Counted from the stretch's first letter, positions 1 through 15,000 are shown. The stretch is 64,000 nucleotides of DNA from an uncultured Gemmataceae bacterium (GCA_963750165.1 CAVVPN010000004.1:704001-768000), one strand, 5' to 3'. Numbers and translations are program-made. The notes: generated by a model not told the origin, from the letters alone.

Positions 1-3000
1 CCGCTGCTCGGGTCCGCAATGTTCAGCGTCAGCGAACCGGACACGCTGACGAAATTGCCCTGCGTGAAGTTGAGGGTGACGCCTTCGAGCGTCTCGTCAA
101 TCGGCGCCCCGGTGTTGTTGAAGTTCAGGGTCAGCGAAGCTTGCAGGACCACACCAGGGATGCCGACCGCCTGCACCACGCCGCTAGCCGTGCCGGCGAT
201 GCCGGACGACTGCAGCAGGAACAGGCCGCTGCCCTGCGTCAGCATCAGGCCGTGGATCAAATTGGCGGCGCCGTCGGTCTGGCCGAGGGCAACGCTGACG
301 TTGCTGGCGGCGAAGCGGATCACCGTCTGGGCCGGCACCGCCGGGTTGGTGCTGGTGGTCGTGTCCTTCTGGAAGACGAAGTTGCCGGAGATCGACTGGC
401 CGGCGACGGTCAGCTGGGCGTTCGTGGCCGAGACGCGGACGAACGGCCCGGCCGGCACGTTCACGGTCACCATGCTGCTGCCGACCATGACCACCTCACT
501 GACGGCGGTCGGCATGTTGTTGATTTGCAGCGCCAGCGTGCCGCTGAGCTGGAAGTTCGCGGCCGATTGACCGGCGTTGACCGTCGCCTGCACGCTGCCG
601 GCCAGGCCCTGGTTCGTCAGGATCAGGGCGCCCGAGCCGTTGGTCAGCGACACCAGGTTGTTGCCGCTGCCGTCCTGCAGCGACACCGTCAACTGACTGA
701 CGGCCACGGTCACCACGCGGCTGCCGTCCGCGGCGGTCTGGGACTGGAAGGTGAAGTTGCCGCTCAGCGTCTGGCCCGCGACGGTCAGCATCAGGCCGGT
801 GCCCGTGACTTCGATGAACGGCCCGGCCGGCACGCTCACGGTCACCGGGTTCAGGTTGGCGTCGTTGACGCTGGCGTTGACCGCCGTGCTGCTCGTGTTG
901 AAGACGAGGTTGAACGTACCGGTGAATCTGGCGTTGGCGCTGGCGGTGATGGTGACGCCGGCGTTCGTCACCTGGCCCGCCAGGCCGGCGCCCGTCAGCA
1001 CGAAGACGGCGCTGGGGATGGTCACCGCGACCAGGGTGTTGGTGCCGTCGCCGAAGGCCAGGCTGACGTTCGTGAAGTCCACGACCACCAGCGTGCTCGC
1101 CGGGTTGGTCGTGGTCTGCTGCTCGAAGACAAAGTTGCCGCTCAGCGTCTGGCCAGCGACGGTCAGCGTGACGTTGTTGCCGGCGACCCGCAGGAACGGC
1201 CCGGTCGGCAGATTCAGCATGACCGTGTTGGCCCCGACCATGAAGCTCTCGACCACCGGGGCGTTGGTGGTGTTGACCGACACGGTAAAGGTGCCGCCCA
1301 GGCTCAGGCTGCTGATGCCGCTGGCGATCGTGGCGCTAAGGGTTCCGGCCAGGCCGCCCGGGGTGATGACCAGGAAGCCGAAGCCGCCCGTCACCGAGAC
1401 GATGTTGTTGCTGCCGTCGCCGAGGCTGAAACTGAGGTTGTTGACGGCGACGCGGACCTGCGTCGCGGTGCCGCTCGGCATCAGGTTGACCGTGCTCTGC
1501 TCCAGGGCGAAGTCGCCCGTCAGCGCGACCGTGTTGGTCGGGCTGAGCTTCAGCGTCAGCGACACGCCGGTGCCCTGGACGCGGAGGTAGGGGCCGGCGG
1601 GCAGGTTGATCACTGTGTGGGTCGTGGTGCCGTTCAGCGTCACCGGGATGGTGTCGTTGACCGGGGCCAGCGTGTTGTTGATCGCCAGGGAGAAGCCGCC
1701 GCCGAAGATGACGTTCGGCGACGCGGTCACCTGCACGTTGGCCGACATCATGCCCGCGATGCCGGCGCTGGTCATCACGAAGTCGCCGGTGCCGGCGCTC
1801 AGCATGGCCAGGCCGCCGCCCAGGTTCAGCGACACGCTGTCGAAGTGGATCGTCAGGACGGTGTTGTTGTTGCTGTCCGTGACCTGGTTGAACGTGAAGT
1901 TGCCCATCAGCGTCTGGCCGGCCACCGTCAGGCTCACGCCGCTGGCGACGACGCTGGTGACCATGTTGGCCGTCGGGAACATCACCTGAATCGACGAGGC
2001 CGGGGTCGTGCCGACGGCCGGCAGCACGATGGTCTGATTGACCGCGGCGCCGGTGTTGTTGACCATGACGGTCGCCATGCCGGACAGGCTGACGCCCGAG
2101 ATGCCGATGATTTGCAGCATGCCCGTGGCGGTGACGGCGTAGGTGGTGCCGCTGGTGCCGGCGACCTTGACGACGCCGAGGCTGGCGTTGGTCAGCAGCA
2201 GGCCCTGGGCGGCTGGGTTGATGGTCGTGCCATCAGACAGGTAGACGGGGCCCTGGCCGACGAACAGCGTGATGCCCGTGGCCCCGGCGGTGTTGCCCGT
2301 GACCGCGAAATTGCTCGATTCGACCTCGACGAAGTTGGCGATCTTCAGATGGACGCCGCCGCCGAAGACGCTGATGAACGGCCCGCTCGCCGTGGCGACC
2401 TCGGTGGCGGCGAAGGTGATCGGCAGCATCTGGCCGCCCACCATCAGTGTCTGATTCACCGCCATCGTGGTGGTGTTGATGCGCAGGCCAAGACTGCCGC
2501 CGACGCTGAAGCCGGAGGCCGCCACGCTGATGTCACCGGACAGGCTGCCTGCGATGCCGCCGCCGCTGCCGCTGAAGAGGATGAAGCCGCCCGAGCCGTT
2601 GGTGATGCCGTTGCCCTGGTACGTCACCGCCAGGTTGGCGATGGCGACACTGGTGTAGGTGGCGGTGTGCGTGATGCTAAAGTCGCCGCTGATGACCACG
2701 CCACTGCCGACGTTCAGCTGGCCGCCCAGGACGGTGATGCGCGTGAACGGCCCAGCCGGCAACTGCAGGTTGATGGTGTCGCCGGCCAGCACGATGGACT
2801 CGACGACCGCGACGCTGGTGGTGTTGATCTCGAACTGGATGGTGGTCGCGCTCAGGCTCAGGCCCGGCAGGCTGAACGTCGCGGTGACGGTGACGCTGGC
2901 CGCGACGCCGTTGCTGTTGACCACGAGGAAGCCCTGGCCGCCGGTGATCGTCACATACGGCTGCACAATCTGCACGTGGACGTTGGCGGTTCCCGACTCA

Positions 3001-6000
3001 CTCTTGAGCTTGCCGAGCGTGGTCAGCGTCAGTGTCAGGCCGTCAGCGCTGACGGTGGCCACGGTGTAGGCGCCGTCGTTCTGGGCGCTGCCGGTAATCA
3101 GGATAACGTTGCCCGCGGTGATGCCGTCGGTGATCCAGCTGCCGCTGCTGCGGGTGATGGTGTCGCCGCCGGTGGTGGCGGGCGCGAACGTCAGCGACGG
3201 GGCCGTGCCGGACAGCGCGATCGGACTGCCGGTGTCGCCGAGCACCAGCGACAGGTTGTTGACGGCGACGCGGACCACGCGCTGGCCGTCGCTGCCGGTG
3301 ACTTGCTGGAAGACCACGTCCGCGATCAGCGTCTGGCCGCCGATGGTCAGGTGGATGCCGGTGCCGGTGACAATGACGTACTGGTTGGCCGGGGCCGTTG
3401 TGTCGATCTGCACTTGCAAGTTGGTCGTCAGCAGGAAGCCCGGGACGTTGACCGTCACCGCGCCCATGAAGCTGCCGGCGATGCCCTGGTTGTTGATGGT
3501 GAACATCGCCGTGGCGACCGTGACCAGAACCACCGGGTTGTTGGCATCGCCCAGACTCAGGCTGACGCCGGTGGCGGTCAGCTGCACCACCTGCACGCCG
3601 GCGCTGACCGTGCTCTGGAACGTCAGCGACTGGGCCGTCAGGGCGCTGCCGAGGACGGTCAGTGCGCCGTTGGTCACCGTCACCTGCACGAACGAACCGC
3701 CCGCCGTCACCGCCGGCACCATCACCGTCTGCGTGCCGATCATGAAGCTCTGGGCCGTCGTCAGCGTCGTGGTGTTGACCAGCACCGTGATCGTGCCGCT
3801 GAGCGTGAAGTCGTTGCCGAAGTCCGGGCCGAGCAGCGTGCCCATGGCCGCCCCGGCGATGCCGCCGCCGGTCGCCGGGAACAGGAAATCGAAGTTGCCG
3901 TTTTGCAGGGCGAGAATGCGGCGGCCGCCGGACTGCAACACCAGGCCGAGGTTGGTGCCGGTCACCGTGACGTTACCGCCGCTGTTCTGGAAGACGAAGC
4001 TGTCGGCGGTCAAGCTGTTGCCCAGGACCGTCAGCACGCCGTTCGTCACCGTCACCTGCACGAAGTAGCCGCTGGCCGGCGCGGCGGGGACGGCAACCGA
4101 CTGGCCGCCGACCGACAATGTCATGGCGGTCGTGGTCGTGTTGACCAGCAGCGCCACGGTGCCGGACAGTGTGACGGTGCCGCCAAGGTCCGGGCCGAGG
4201 ACCGTGGCGTTGACCACGGCGCCCGTGACGCCGGCCTGCGTGAACAGGAAGGCGAACGAGGCGTTGCTGATCTGGATGATGCGGGTGCCGCCCGCGGACA
4301 GCAGGAAGCCGAGGTTCTGGCCGGTGACGGTGACGGTGCTGGTGCTGCCACTGCCGCTTGCCTGCAGCACGAAGTCATCGACGGTCAGGGTTTGGCCAAA
4401 GACCGACAGCGTCGCCGGCATGGCGGGCTGCGTGGTCGTGGCCGGAGTGCCGGTCACCTCGACGCGGGCATAGGGGCTGCCCGTTGCGGCCGCGGCGACC
4501 GTCAACGTCTGGCCGTCCAGCGTGAAGGTCTGCACGTCCGGCGTCGTGTTCAGCAGCAACGAGAAGGTGCCGCTCAGCGTGACGCCGGTGATGGCCGGGC
4601 CCTGCACCGCCCCGTTCAGGACCACGCCGCTGAGGCCGTCCTGCGTGAAGCGGAAGGCGAAGTCGGCGCCGCTGATCGCCACGATGCGCGTGCTGCCGGC
4701 GGCCAGCGTGAAGCCGAGGTTCGTGCCGGAGATGTCCACCTCGGTGCCCTGCTTTTGCAGGATGAATTGATCGGCGGTCAGCGTGGCGACGTTGCTCACG
4801 GCCAGCGTCGCGGGCTGACCGTTGCTGCCGTCGATCTCCACCCGCAGATAGGCGCTGCCGACCGCGGCTGCGGCGACGGTGACCGACTGCGTGCCGACCA
4901 TCAGCGTCTGGGCCGTCGGCGTCGTGTTGATGAGCAGCGAGACGGTGCCCTGGAAGTTGATGAGCGGGTTGCCCGAGGCGTCGGTGTAGTCCGGCCCCAG
5001 GACCACTGCGTTGAGCACCGCGCCCGTGATGCCAGCCTGCGTGAACGTGAAGGCGAACGCGGCGTTGCTGATCTGAATGATGCGGTGGCCGCCGACCTGC
5101 AGCAGGAAGCCGAGGTTGGTGCCGGACACCTGCACGCCCGCGGCGTTCTTCACGAAGTCCAGCTCGGTCGCGGTCAGCATGTTGCCGAGCACACCCAGCG
5201 TCACCGGCGTGCCGTCGGGGTTGGCCGTCAGCACCACCTTGACGAACGAGACGCCGCCGGCCGCCGCGGGCAGCGTCACACTCTGGCCGCCGACCATGAG
5301 CATCTGCTGCGTCGGCGTCGTGTTCAGTTGCAGCGACACCGTGCCGGCCAGGGTGACCGCCCCGCCGAGGTCCGGGCCGAGCAGCGTGGCGTTCGTCACG
5401 ACGCCCGCGATGCCGTTCGCCGCCAGGGTGAAGCTGAAGTTGGCGTGCTGCAGGCCGATGATCCGCGTGCTGCCGGCCTGGAGCACAAAGCTCAGGTTGC
5501 GACCGCTCAGGGTGATGCTGGCGTTGCTGCCGGTGCCGCTCTGCTGGAAGTCGATCTCGTCGGCGGTCAGCGTGAAGCCGGGGACCGTCAGCGTCGCGGT
5601 CAGGATCTGCACCTCGACGAACGGCCCGGCCGGCAGGTTGACCGCCACCGTCGCGCCGTTGACGGTGAACGTCTGGCTGACCGCGGCGCCGGTCGAGTTG
5701 ATGGCGATGTTGACGGTGCCGGTGGCGCTGATCCCTGTGCTCGGGGCGATGGTCACCGTGCCGGCCGCCGTGCCCGCCAGGCCCGCGGAGGACAGCAGGA
5801 ATGCGCCCGAGGCTCCGCTCACCGTGACCAGCGGCGTACCGCCCGCCGTCAGCGCCAGGCTGACGTTGCTGAAGGCGACCGTCAGCACGGAGCCGCCCGC
5901 GGGTGTCGTCTGCTGCTGCACGAAGAAGTTGCCCGTCAGCATCTGGCCGGCGACCATCAGGTTCGCGTTGTCCACCTCGACGCGGACGAGCGGGCCGGCC

Positions 6001-9000
6001 GGGACGTTCAGCGTCACCGTGCCGACCGCCGCGGCGATCGTCTGGTTGACCGCGCTGGTGGTCGTGTTGATTTCGAACAACACGTTGCCGCTCAGGCTGA
6101 CGCCGGTGCTCGGGGCGATGGCGACCGTGGCGGCGACGCTGCCCGCCAGGCCGGCGCTGGTCAGCAGGAAGACGCCGTTGGCGTTCGTCACCGACACCAG
6201 GCCGCCGCCCAGGCTCAGGCCGACGTTCGTGAACGTCACCGTCACCACCGGCGTGCCGCCCGTCGTGCTCTGCTGCTGGAACGCGAAGTTGCCCGTCAGC
6301 GTCTGGCCGGCCACCGTCAGCGTCACACCCGTACCACTGACTCGCACATACGGCCCGGCCGGCAGCACCACCAGGGCCTGGGCGCTGGTCGCCGTCTCCG
6401 CCTGGAGCTGGCCAAGCGTCGTCAGCGTCAGCACGGTGTCCGTGACGGCCGCGATGGTGTAGGTGCCGTTGTTCTTCGTGGTGCCAGTGATCTGCACGCT
6501 GCTGCCGACCTGGAAGCCATCGGTGATGAAGCTGCCGGCGCTGCGGGTGATGGTGTCGCCGCCGGTGGTCGCCGCGGCGAAGGTCAGCGACGGCGTGCCG
6601 GTCAGCTGGACCGGGTGGGCGACGTTGACGTTGACCGCGGCGGTGGTGTTGTTGAACTGCACGTGGAAGGTGCCGCCGAAGCTGACGCCGGTGCCGGTCG
6701 CCACGGTCACGGTGCCATCGACCTGGCCCGCCAGGCCGGCGCTGGTCAGCAGCAGGGCGCCTGAGCCGCCGGTCAGCCTCACCAGGCCGCCGCCCAGGCT
6801 CAGGGTGACGTTGGCCGCGGTCACGCTGAAGACACTGGCGCCGCTGGCGTCGGTGGTCTGGCTGAAGCTGAAGTCGCCCGTCAGCGTCTGGCCCAGCACG
6901 CTCAGCGTCAGGCCGGTGCCGCTGAAGGTCTTGACCACCGCCGTCGTCGGGAAGTTCAGCACCACCGCCGGGGCGCCCGGAATCGCGATGGTGCGGGCCG
7001 AGAAGATCTGGCCGGTGTTGTTGAAGTCGATGGTGGCGGTGCCGCTGAAGCTCACGCCCGGGATGCCCAGCACCTGGATCGCGCCCGTCGCCACCAGCGC
7101 GTAGGTGTCGGGGTTGCCGCCGGTGCCGGGGATCTTCACCAGGCCGAACGACGCGCCCGAGAGCAGCACGCCGCGGGCGCTCGGGTTGATCGAACCGTCG
7201 CTGCGCGTCGCCGGGCCCTGGCCGAGGAAGATGCTCGCGTTCGAGACGCCGACCTGATTGTTGCTGAACGCGAAACTGCCCTCGATGGTCACGAAGCCGC
7301 CGAGGTTCAGGTTGCCCTGGCCGAAGAAGCTGAACACGTCCGCGTTCGTCGGGAAGTCAATTACCTGCTGCTGGCCGGCGACCGTCACCGTCTCGTGGAC
7401 TGGCAGGCCGGTGTTGTTGATCGTCAGGCCGATGGTCGCGCTGACGCTGAAGCCCGACGCCCCGATGCCCGCGGTGCCCGACAGCGAACCGGCCAGACCG
7501 CCGTTCTCGATCACGAAGGCGCCCTGGCCCTGCGTCACCCACGTGGACGTGCCGTTCATCACCTGCACGTTGGTGAAAGCGATGCGCGTCACCGTCGTGC
7601 CGCTGGCGTCGGTGCTCTGGTCGATGGCGACGTTGCCGCTGACCGTGAAGCCGCTGTCCGGGCCGCTGCCGCCGAACGTCAGCGACACGCCAGTCGCCTC
7701 GACGCGGACGAACGGGCCGGCCGGCAGGTTGATGACGACGCCGCTGATGCCCGGGGCGTTGATCTCCGCCGCGACCGTCTGCGGCCCCGTGTTCACTTGC
7801 AGGTGAATGCTGGCGGAGCCGGTGAAGCCCGGCAGCGTCAGCGTGGCCATCAGGCTGAAGTCCGCCGCGATGCCGGCGCTGGTGATGCGCAGGCCGCCTG
7901 TGCCACTGGTCACGGACACGATGGCCGGGCCGCCGGCCGGGCCCAGGGTCAGGCTCAGGTTCGTGACCGCGACGGCGACCACCTGGCCCGTGCTGGTCGT
8001 GCCGAGGGCGGGGTCGGGCACGTCGTTGGTCTGCTGGATGGTGAAGTTGCCGGAGAGTGTCTGCCCCAGGGCCGTCAGGCTGACGCCGGTGCCGGTGACC
8101 TGGATGAAGTTGCCCTGCGTGAAGTTGATGGTGGCCGTCGTGCCATCGACCGCGGTGAAACTCTCGTTGACCGGGCCGCTGGTGGTGTTGAAGCTGGCGG
8201 TAAAGTTGCCGGCCAGCGACAGGCCCGGCAGGGTGCTGGTCACCGTGGCGCCCGTCACCATGCCGGCGATACCGCCGCTGGAGAACACCAGGTCGATGGC
8301 GGCGATGCTGACGTTCAGCAGCTGGCTGCTGCCGTCGCCGAGGCTGAGGTTGACGTTGGACGCATGCAGCGTGGCCACGGTCGTCGGCGGGCCGGTGGCG
8401 GGGTTCGCCGTCGTCTGCTGGAAGGTGAAGTTGCCCGATAGCGTCTGGTTCATCACCGACAGCTGCACTCCGGTGCCGGCCACCTGCACGAACGGCCCGG
8501 CGGGCACGGCCACCGCCACCGGAGTGCCGTCCACCATGAAGCTGTCGTTGACCGCCGTGCTGCCGGTATTCACCTGAACCTGGAAGGTGCCGACCAGCGA
8601 CGCCTCGCCGGCGTTCAGCGCCACCGTGCCGCTCAGGGTGCCGGCCAGGCTGCTCGACGTGAGGATGAACGCACCCTGGCCGTTGGTCACGCTGACGATG
8701 GCCGGGCTGCCCAGGCTGAGCGTCACGTTGGTGGCACCGACGCGGATGATCGTCTGCTGGCTGGCGTCGGTGGTTTGCTCGAAGGTGAAGTTGCCGGTCA
8801 GCGTCTGGCCCAGCACCGTCAGGCTCAACGGATCCGCCTCGACCCGCACGAACGGCCCGGCGGGTAGGTTGACGTTGATGGTGGTGGTGCCGCCCATGCC
8901 GTTCGGCACCGTCGCCGTCTGCTGCACCGCGACGCCGGTGGTGTTGAGCGCCAGCGTGATGTTGGCCGAGCCGCTGACGCTGGTGCCGAGCTGCACCGCC

Positions 9001-12000
9001 AGGCTGCCGCTGACCTGGCCCGCCAGGCCCTGGGCGTTCAGCAGCACTGCGCCGCTCACGTTCGTCACCGACACCAGGCCGCCGCCAAGGACCAGGCTCA
9101 CGCCCGAGAACGCGACCGTCAGCACCTTCGCGCCGGCCGTCGTCGTGGTCTGGTCGAAGCTGATGTTGCCGGACAGCGTCTGGCCGAGGACCGTCAGGCT
9201 CATCGAGCCCGAGAAGCTGCGGGCGCCGTTGGCGACCGTGACGCTCGTGTTCGGCACCATCCAGTCGGCGCCGGTGTTGTTGAACTGCACCGTCACTGTG
9301 GCCGGCATGGTCGGCTGGCCCGGGGCGGACAGCGTGACGCCGGGGATGCCCAGCAGGTTCACGTTGCCCGAAGCGTAGACCGCGTAGTCGAAGCCGCCGG
9401 AGGCCATCGCGTCCGTGACGCGCTCGACGTTGACCGTGGCGTTGGTCAGCAGCAGGCCGCGGGCGGTCGGGTTGATGGTCGTGCCGTCCGCGAGATACGC
9501 CGGACCCTGACCGATGAAGACCGTGACGGACGTGCTGGTGACCGTCTGAGTGGTGCCGGTGCCCGTGAAGCTCAGGCTGCCCTCGATCAGGATAAAGTTG
9601 CCGATCTGCAGCACGCCGTTGGCGAGGACGAACTGGAAGAGGTTGCCCTCGGCGGCGCTGAAGACGACCGGCAGCGGCGTGCCGTTGACCGTCACCGTCT
9701 GGTTGACGGCGCCGCCGGTGGTGTTGAAGCGCACCGTCACGTCGCCGCCGATCTGGGCGCCGCCGGCCGCCACCGACACCTGACCCGACGCCACGCCGGC
9801 GATACCCGTCGTGGTCACGATGATGGCGCCCTGGCCGTTTTGCAGGCCCTGGCCGTTGACCGTCAGCGCCAGGTTGGTGACGGCGGCGCGCGTGACCATC
9901 GTCCCGTCGGCGGCCTTGCCGCGGTCGAAGACGAAGTCGCCCGTCAGCAGCTGGCCGGCCACCGTCAGGCGGGCGCCAAGGACCATCACTTGCACATACG
10001 GCCCGGCGGCCACGTTCACCGTCACCGGCTGGCCGGCCACCGTGATCGTCTGGTTGACCGCCTGGCTGCCGTTGTTGACCAGCACGCTAACCGTCGTGGC
10101 CGTGAGCGTGACGCCAGGGATGTTGACCGCGAGCGACCCGGAGAAGCTGCCGGCGAGGGCGCCGCTGTTCAGGATCAGGGCGCCGCTGCCGTTCGACACC
10201 GTGACCAGCGCCGTGGTGCCGTCGCCCAGCGCCAGCGTCGCGTTGCTGACCGCCACGGTGACGACACGGTTGCCGGCGGCGGTGGTTTGCGACTGCAGCA
10301 CAAAATTGCCGGTCAGGCTCTGGCCCGCCACCGTCAGCGTCAGGCCGGTGCCGGCGATCTGCAGGTATGGGCCGGCCGGCACGTTGATTGGGACCACGAC
10401 GCCGTTGACCGTCACCGAGTCGTTGACCGCCGTGCTGGTCGTGTTGATTTGCAGGGCGAAGGCACCGGCGAAGCTGACGCCCGTGCTCGGGTTGACCGCC
10501 ACATTGACGCTCGCCTGCCCGGCGATGCCGGCTGCGGTCAGGAAGAAGGTGCCGGTGCCATTGGTCAGCGTCACGAAGTTGGTGGTGCCGTCGCCCAGGC
10601 TCAGGCCGACGTTGGCGAAGCTCACCTGCACCAGCTGGGTGCCGGCGGTCGTGGTCGTCTGCTGCGCGGTGAAGTCGCCGGTCAGGGTCTGGCCCAGCAC
10701 CGACAGCGTGATGCCGGTGCCGGCCACCATCACGTACTGGCCGGCCGGCAGGTTCAGGGCGACGTTGCTGGAGCCGATGGCGATCGTCTGATCGACCGCG
10801 GCGCCGGTGGTGTTGATCGACACCTGGAAGCTGCCGCTGAAGGCGACGCCCGGCACGTTGACCGTGACCGCGCCGCTGAAGGTGCCCGCCAGGCCGCCGC
10901 TGCCCAGCACGAAGAAGCCGCTGCCGTTATCGACGCTCAGCAGGGTGTGCGTGCCGTCGCCCAGGCCGAGGTGGATGTTCGTCGCCGCGATGCTGACCTG
11001 CGAGCCGGTCTGCTCCAGGGCGAAGTTACCGGTCAGCTGGAGGTTCTGCAGGACGATCAACTGGGCGTTGGTGCCCTGCACCATCAGGTACGGGCCGGCC
11101 GGCAGGTTGACGCTCAGGGTGGTGTTGTTGAGCGTGACCTGCTCGTTGACCGCGGTGGCTGCGGTGTTGATCGACACGCTGAAGCCGGCCCCGAACTGCA
11201 CGGCCGAGCCGCCGCTGACGCTCAGGGTGCCGGTCACGGTGCCCGCGAAGCCGGCGCTGCTGGCGACGAACACGCCGCTCGCGTTCAGCAGGCTGACGGT
11301 GCCGCCGCCCAGCACCAGCGAACCGTTGGCCAGCGCCAGGGTCAGCACCTGGTTGCCCGTGGCGTCCGTCGCCTGGCTGAAGCTGAAGTCGCCGGTGAGG
11401 GTCTGGCCGAGGACGCTGAGCCGCAGGCCGGTGCCGCTGAAGCTGGCGACGTTGGCGGCGGTCGCGAAGGTCACCGGGTTGCCGGTGCCCGTGAAGGCCA
11501 TGCCCGTATTGTTGAACTGGATGGAGACGGTGCCCGCGAGCGTGACGCCGGGGACGCCGAGGAGTTGAACCTGACCGGTGGCTTGCAGGGCAAAGGTGTT
11601 GGGGCTGCCGTTGGTGCCGGCGATCTCCACCAGGCCGATGGTGCCGTTCGTCAGCAAAACGCCGCGGGCCGTCGGGTTGATGGAGTGGAACGGATCAGGT
11701 AGCTGGGGTGGGCCGCGGCCGAGGAACAGCGTCACGCCGGTGCCGCTGAAGGTCTGCTGGCCGTTGTTGTTCGTGAAGCTGACGCTGCCCTCCAGCGTCA
11801 CGAAGTTGCCGATGGTCAGGCTCACGTCGCCGGCCGACACCGCGATGAACGGCGCGGTCGTCGCCACCTCACTGCTGCCGAACTGGATCAGGATCGGTTG
11901 ACCGTTCAGGGTGATCGTCTGATTGACCGGGTTCGGCGTCGTGTTGAAGCGGACGTTGATGGTGCCGCCGGCGCTCGAGGCGCCCCTGCGGCCGCGGCGC

Positions 12001-15000
12001 TGATGTCGCCGGACAGTACGCCCGCGATGCCGCCGCCCGTGCCACCGAACACCACCAGGCCGCCCTGGCCGTTGGCGATCGTGAGGTTCTGGCCGCCGGA
12101 CGATGTGTTCGCGAAGACGTTGGCGGCGCCGACGCGGACGGTGCCGCTGGCGTCCTGGTCGAAGCTGAAGTCGCCGGTCAGCGTCAGACTGCTGCCAATC
12201 GCCAGCTGGGCGCCGAGGGCCGTGACACGGACGAACGGGCCGGCAGGCAGGTCGAGCGTCGTCGTGGTGCTGCCGATGGTGAACGTATCGTTGACCGGCG
12301 TGCTGGCGGTGTTGATGTCGAAGCGCACGGTGCTGACGGTGAGGGTCGCGCCCGGCAGCGTCACCGCGGCGGTGGCGGCGAAGCTGCCGGCGACGCCGAG
12401 GCTGTTGACGGTCAGGGCGCCGCTGCCGCCCGAGACCACGACCACGCCGTTGCCGATGTTCAGCGTCAGGCCGGCGACCGCGACCTGGAGTTCCCGGCGG
12501 CCATCGGAGGTGGTCAGCACCTGCAGCGTGAAACTGCCGCCCAGGGAGAGGCCGGCGGTGTTCAGCGTGGCGCCGCTGGCGCTGGTCACGGTTACCGACC
12601 GGGTGGCCGAAACGGTGTCGATGGTCACCGTGAAGCTGCCGGCGAACTGCATGCCCGGCACGTTGACCGCGACGCTGCCGGTGAAGGAGCCGGTGACACC
12701 CTGGGGCGTGATCGTCAGGCTGGCGGAGGCGATGCGCACGTCGGCCAGCGAGGCGCCGCCGGTGCCGAGTTGCAGGTCGGCGTTGGTCGCGGTCACCAGC
12801 ACGTTGTCGCCGGACTTCTGGAAGGTGAACTGATCGGCGGTCAGGCTGCTGCCGAGGATGGACAGTGTGCCCTTGGCGACCGCGACCTCGACGAACGGAC
12901 TGCCGGCGGCTGCGGCCGGGACCGAAACCGACTGGCCGGCTACCTGCAATGTCGTGGCGGTCGTGGTGGTGTTGACCAGCAGCGACACGGTGCCGGCGAG
13001 GGTCAGATTTGGCAGCGCCGGCCCCTGGACGGTGGCGTTGACGACGGCGGCGGCGACGCCCGCGGCGGTGAACTGCGCGGCGAACGAGGCGTTGCTGATC
13101 GACACGATGCGCTGCGTGCCGGCCTGGAGCAGGAAGTTGAGGTTGGTGCCGGACACCGCCACGCCCGTGGCGTCCTGCTGGAAGACGAACTGGTCGGCGC
13201 TGAGGGTGTTGCCGGCCACGGTCAGGGTCGCCGGGGTCGCGTCGGGGTTTTTGCCGATGACGACCTGGATGAACAGAGTGCCCGGGGCGGAGGCGGGCAC
13301 GGCCACCGTCTGGCCCGCGACGACCAGGTTGCGGGCGGTGCCGGTGTTGTTCAGCAGCAGCGACGCGGTGCCGGTCAGGCTGACGCCGAGGCTCGGGTCG
13401 GGGCCGTTGATGGTCGCGTTGAGGGCGGCGCCGACCAGGCCGCCGGAAGTCAGCAGGAAGGCGAAGTCCATGTGCTGCAGCTGCACGATGCGCGTCGCGT
13501 TGGCGTCGAGTTCAAAGCTCAGGTTTTGACCCGAGACCAGAATGCCCGTCGCGTTCTGCAGGAAGTCGATTTCGTCCGCCATTAGCGTGAAGCCGCCGAT
13601 CCGCAGGAAGCCGGAGATGACCTGCACCTGCAGCAGCGGCCCGGCCGGCAGCGTGACCGTCGCGCCCGTGGCGCCGGTGAAGGTGTGGAAGTCGGCGGTG
13701 GTGTTGATCGCCAGGGCGAAGGTGCCGCCGAGGCTAATGCCCGTGCTCGGCGCCACCGTCACCGTCGCCAGCGCCTGACCAACCAGGCCGGCCGTGGTCA
13801 ACTGGAACGTGCCGGCGGCGTTGCTGACCGTGACCAGGGCGCTGCCGCCGGCGGTCAGTGCCAGGCCGGCGTTGGCGAAGGTGATCGTCACCGTCTGCAC
13901 GCTCGCGGTGTTCTGCTGTTCAAAGGTGAAGTTACCCATCAGCGTCTGGCCCGCGACCGTCAGCACCAGGTTGGTGCCGGTGACGCGGACGAAGGTGCCG
14001 GCGGGCAGGTTCAGCGTGATGGTATCGGCACCGACCTGGAGGCTCTCGTTGACGGGGGCGCCGGTGGTGTTGAAGCTGACCGTGAAGGTGCCGCTCAGGC
14101 TGACACTGGGCACGGCACTGGCGACCGTGGCGGTCAGGCTGCCGGCCAGGCCGCCCATACTATTAATGATGAGGAAGCCCTGACCGTTCGTCACGTTCAC
14201 CAGGTTGTTGGTGCCGTCGGTCAGGCTGAAGCTGACGTTGCTGGCGGCGATGCGGATCTGCGTGTCGGTGCCGCCCGGCAGGTTCGCGGTCACCTGCTCC
14301 AGGGCGAAGTTGCCCGTCAGGGTGATGGTGTTGGTGGCGCTGAGGTGGATGGTCAGCTGGGTGCCGGTGCCGGCGATGCGCAGGTACGGCCCGGCCGGCA
14401 CGTTGACCATGACCACCGCCTGCACCTGGGCGCTGGCGTCCGTCTCGTTCTGGACCTGGCCCGAGATGGTGAGCGTCAGGACGGTGGCAGTCAGCGAGGC
14501 GACGGTGAAGGCGCTGTTGTTCTGGGCGGTGCCGGTAATCTTGATGGTGTTGCCGGCCTGGAAGCCGTCGGTGAGCCAGCTGCCGGCGCTGCGGGTGATG
14601 GTGTCGCCGGTGATCGCCGTGGCGAAGGTCAGCGCCGGACTGCCGGTCAGCTGGGCCGCGGTGGTCAGCGTCGTGGCCACGGCCGCCGGGGTGGTGTTGA
14701 TCGTCACGCCGAAGCCGCTGCCGAAGGTCACCGCGCTGGACGCGAAGTTGATCGTTCCAATCATGCTGCCGGCCAGGCCGGCGCTGGTGAACACAAAGTC
14801 GCCATTGCCGGTCAGGGTCAGCAGGTTGGACCCGCTGCCGAGGTTGGCGGCCACGTTGCTGAAGTGGACCGTCAGCACCTTGGTGCCGCTGCTGTCCGTG
14901 CCCTGACCGAACGCAAAGCCACCGGTCAACGTCTGTCCAGAAAAGCTCAGCGTGCCCGAGGTGACGCCGACGCTGGCGATGGTGATGGCGCCGGTGTTGT

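Noticed and set aside
141..6764. 2207-aa plus-strand ORF and the many other plus-strand ORFs over 1-23 kb
   Set aside because: Antisense shadows of the GC-rich repetitive minus-strand gene; R/H/G-rich or P/V/T-rich translations with no recognisable motifs.
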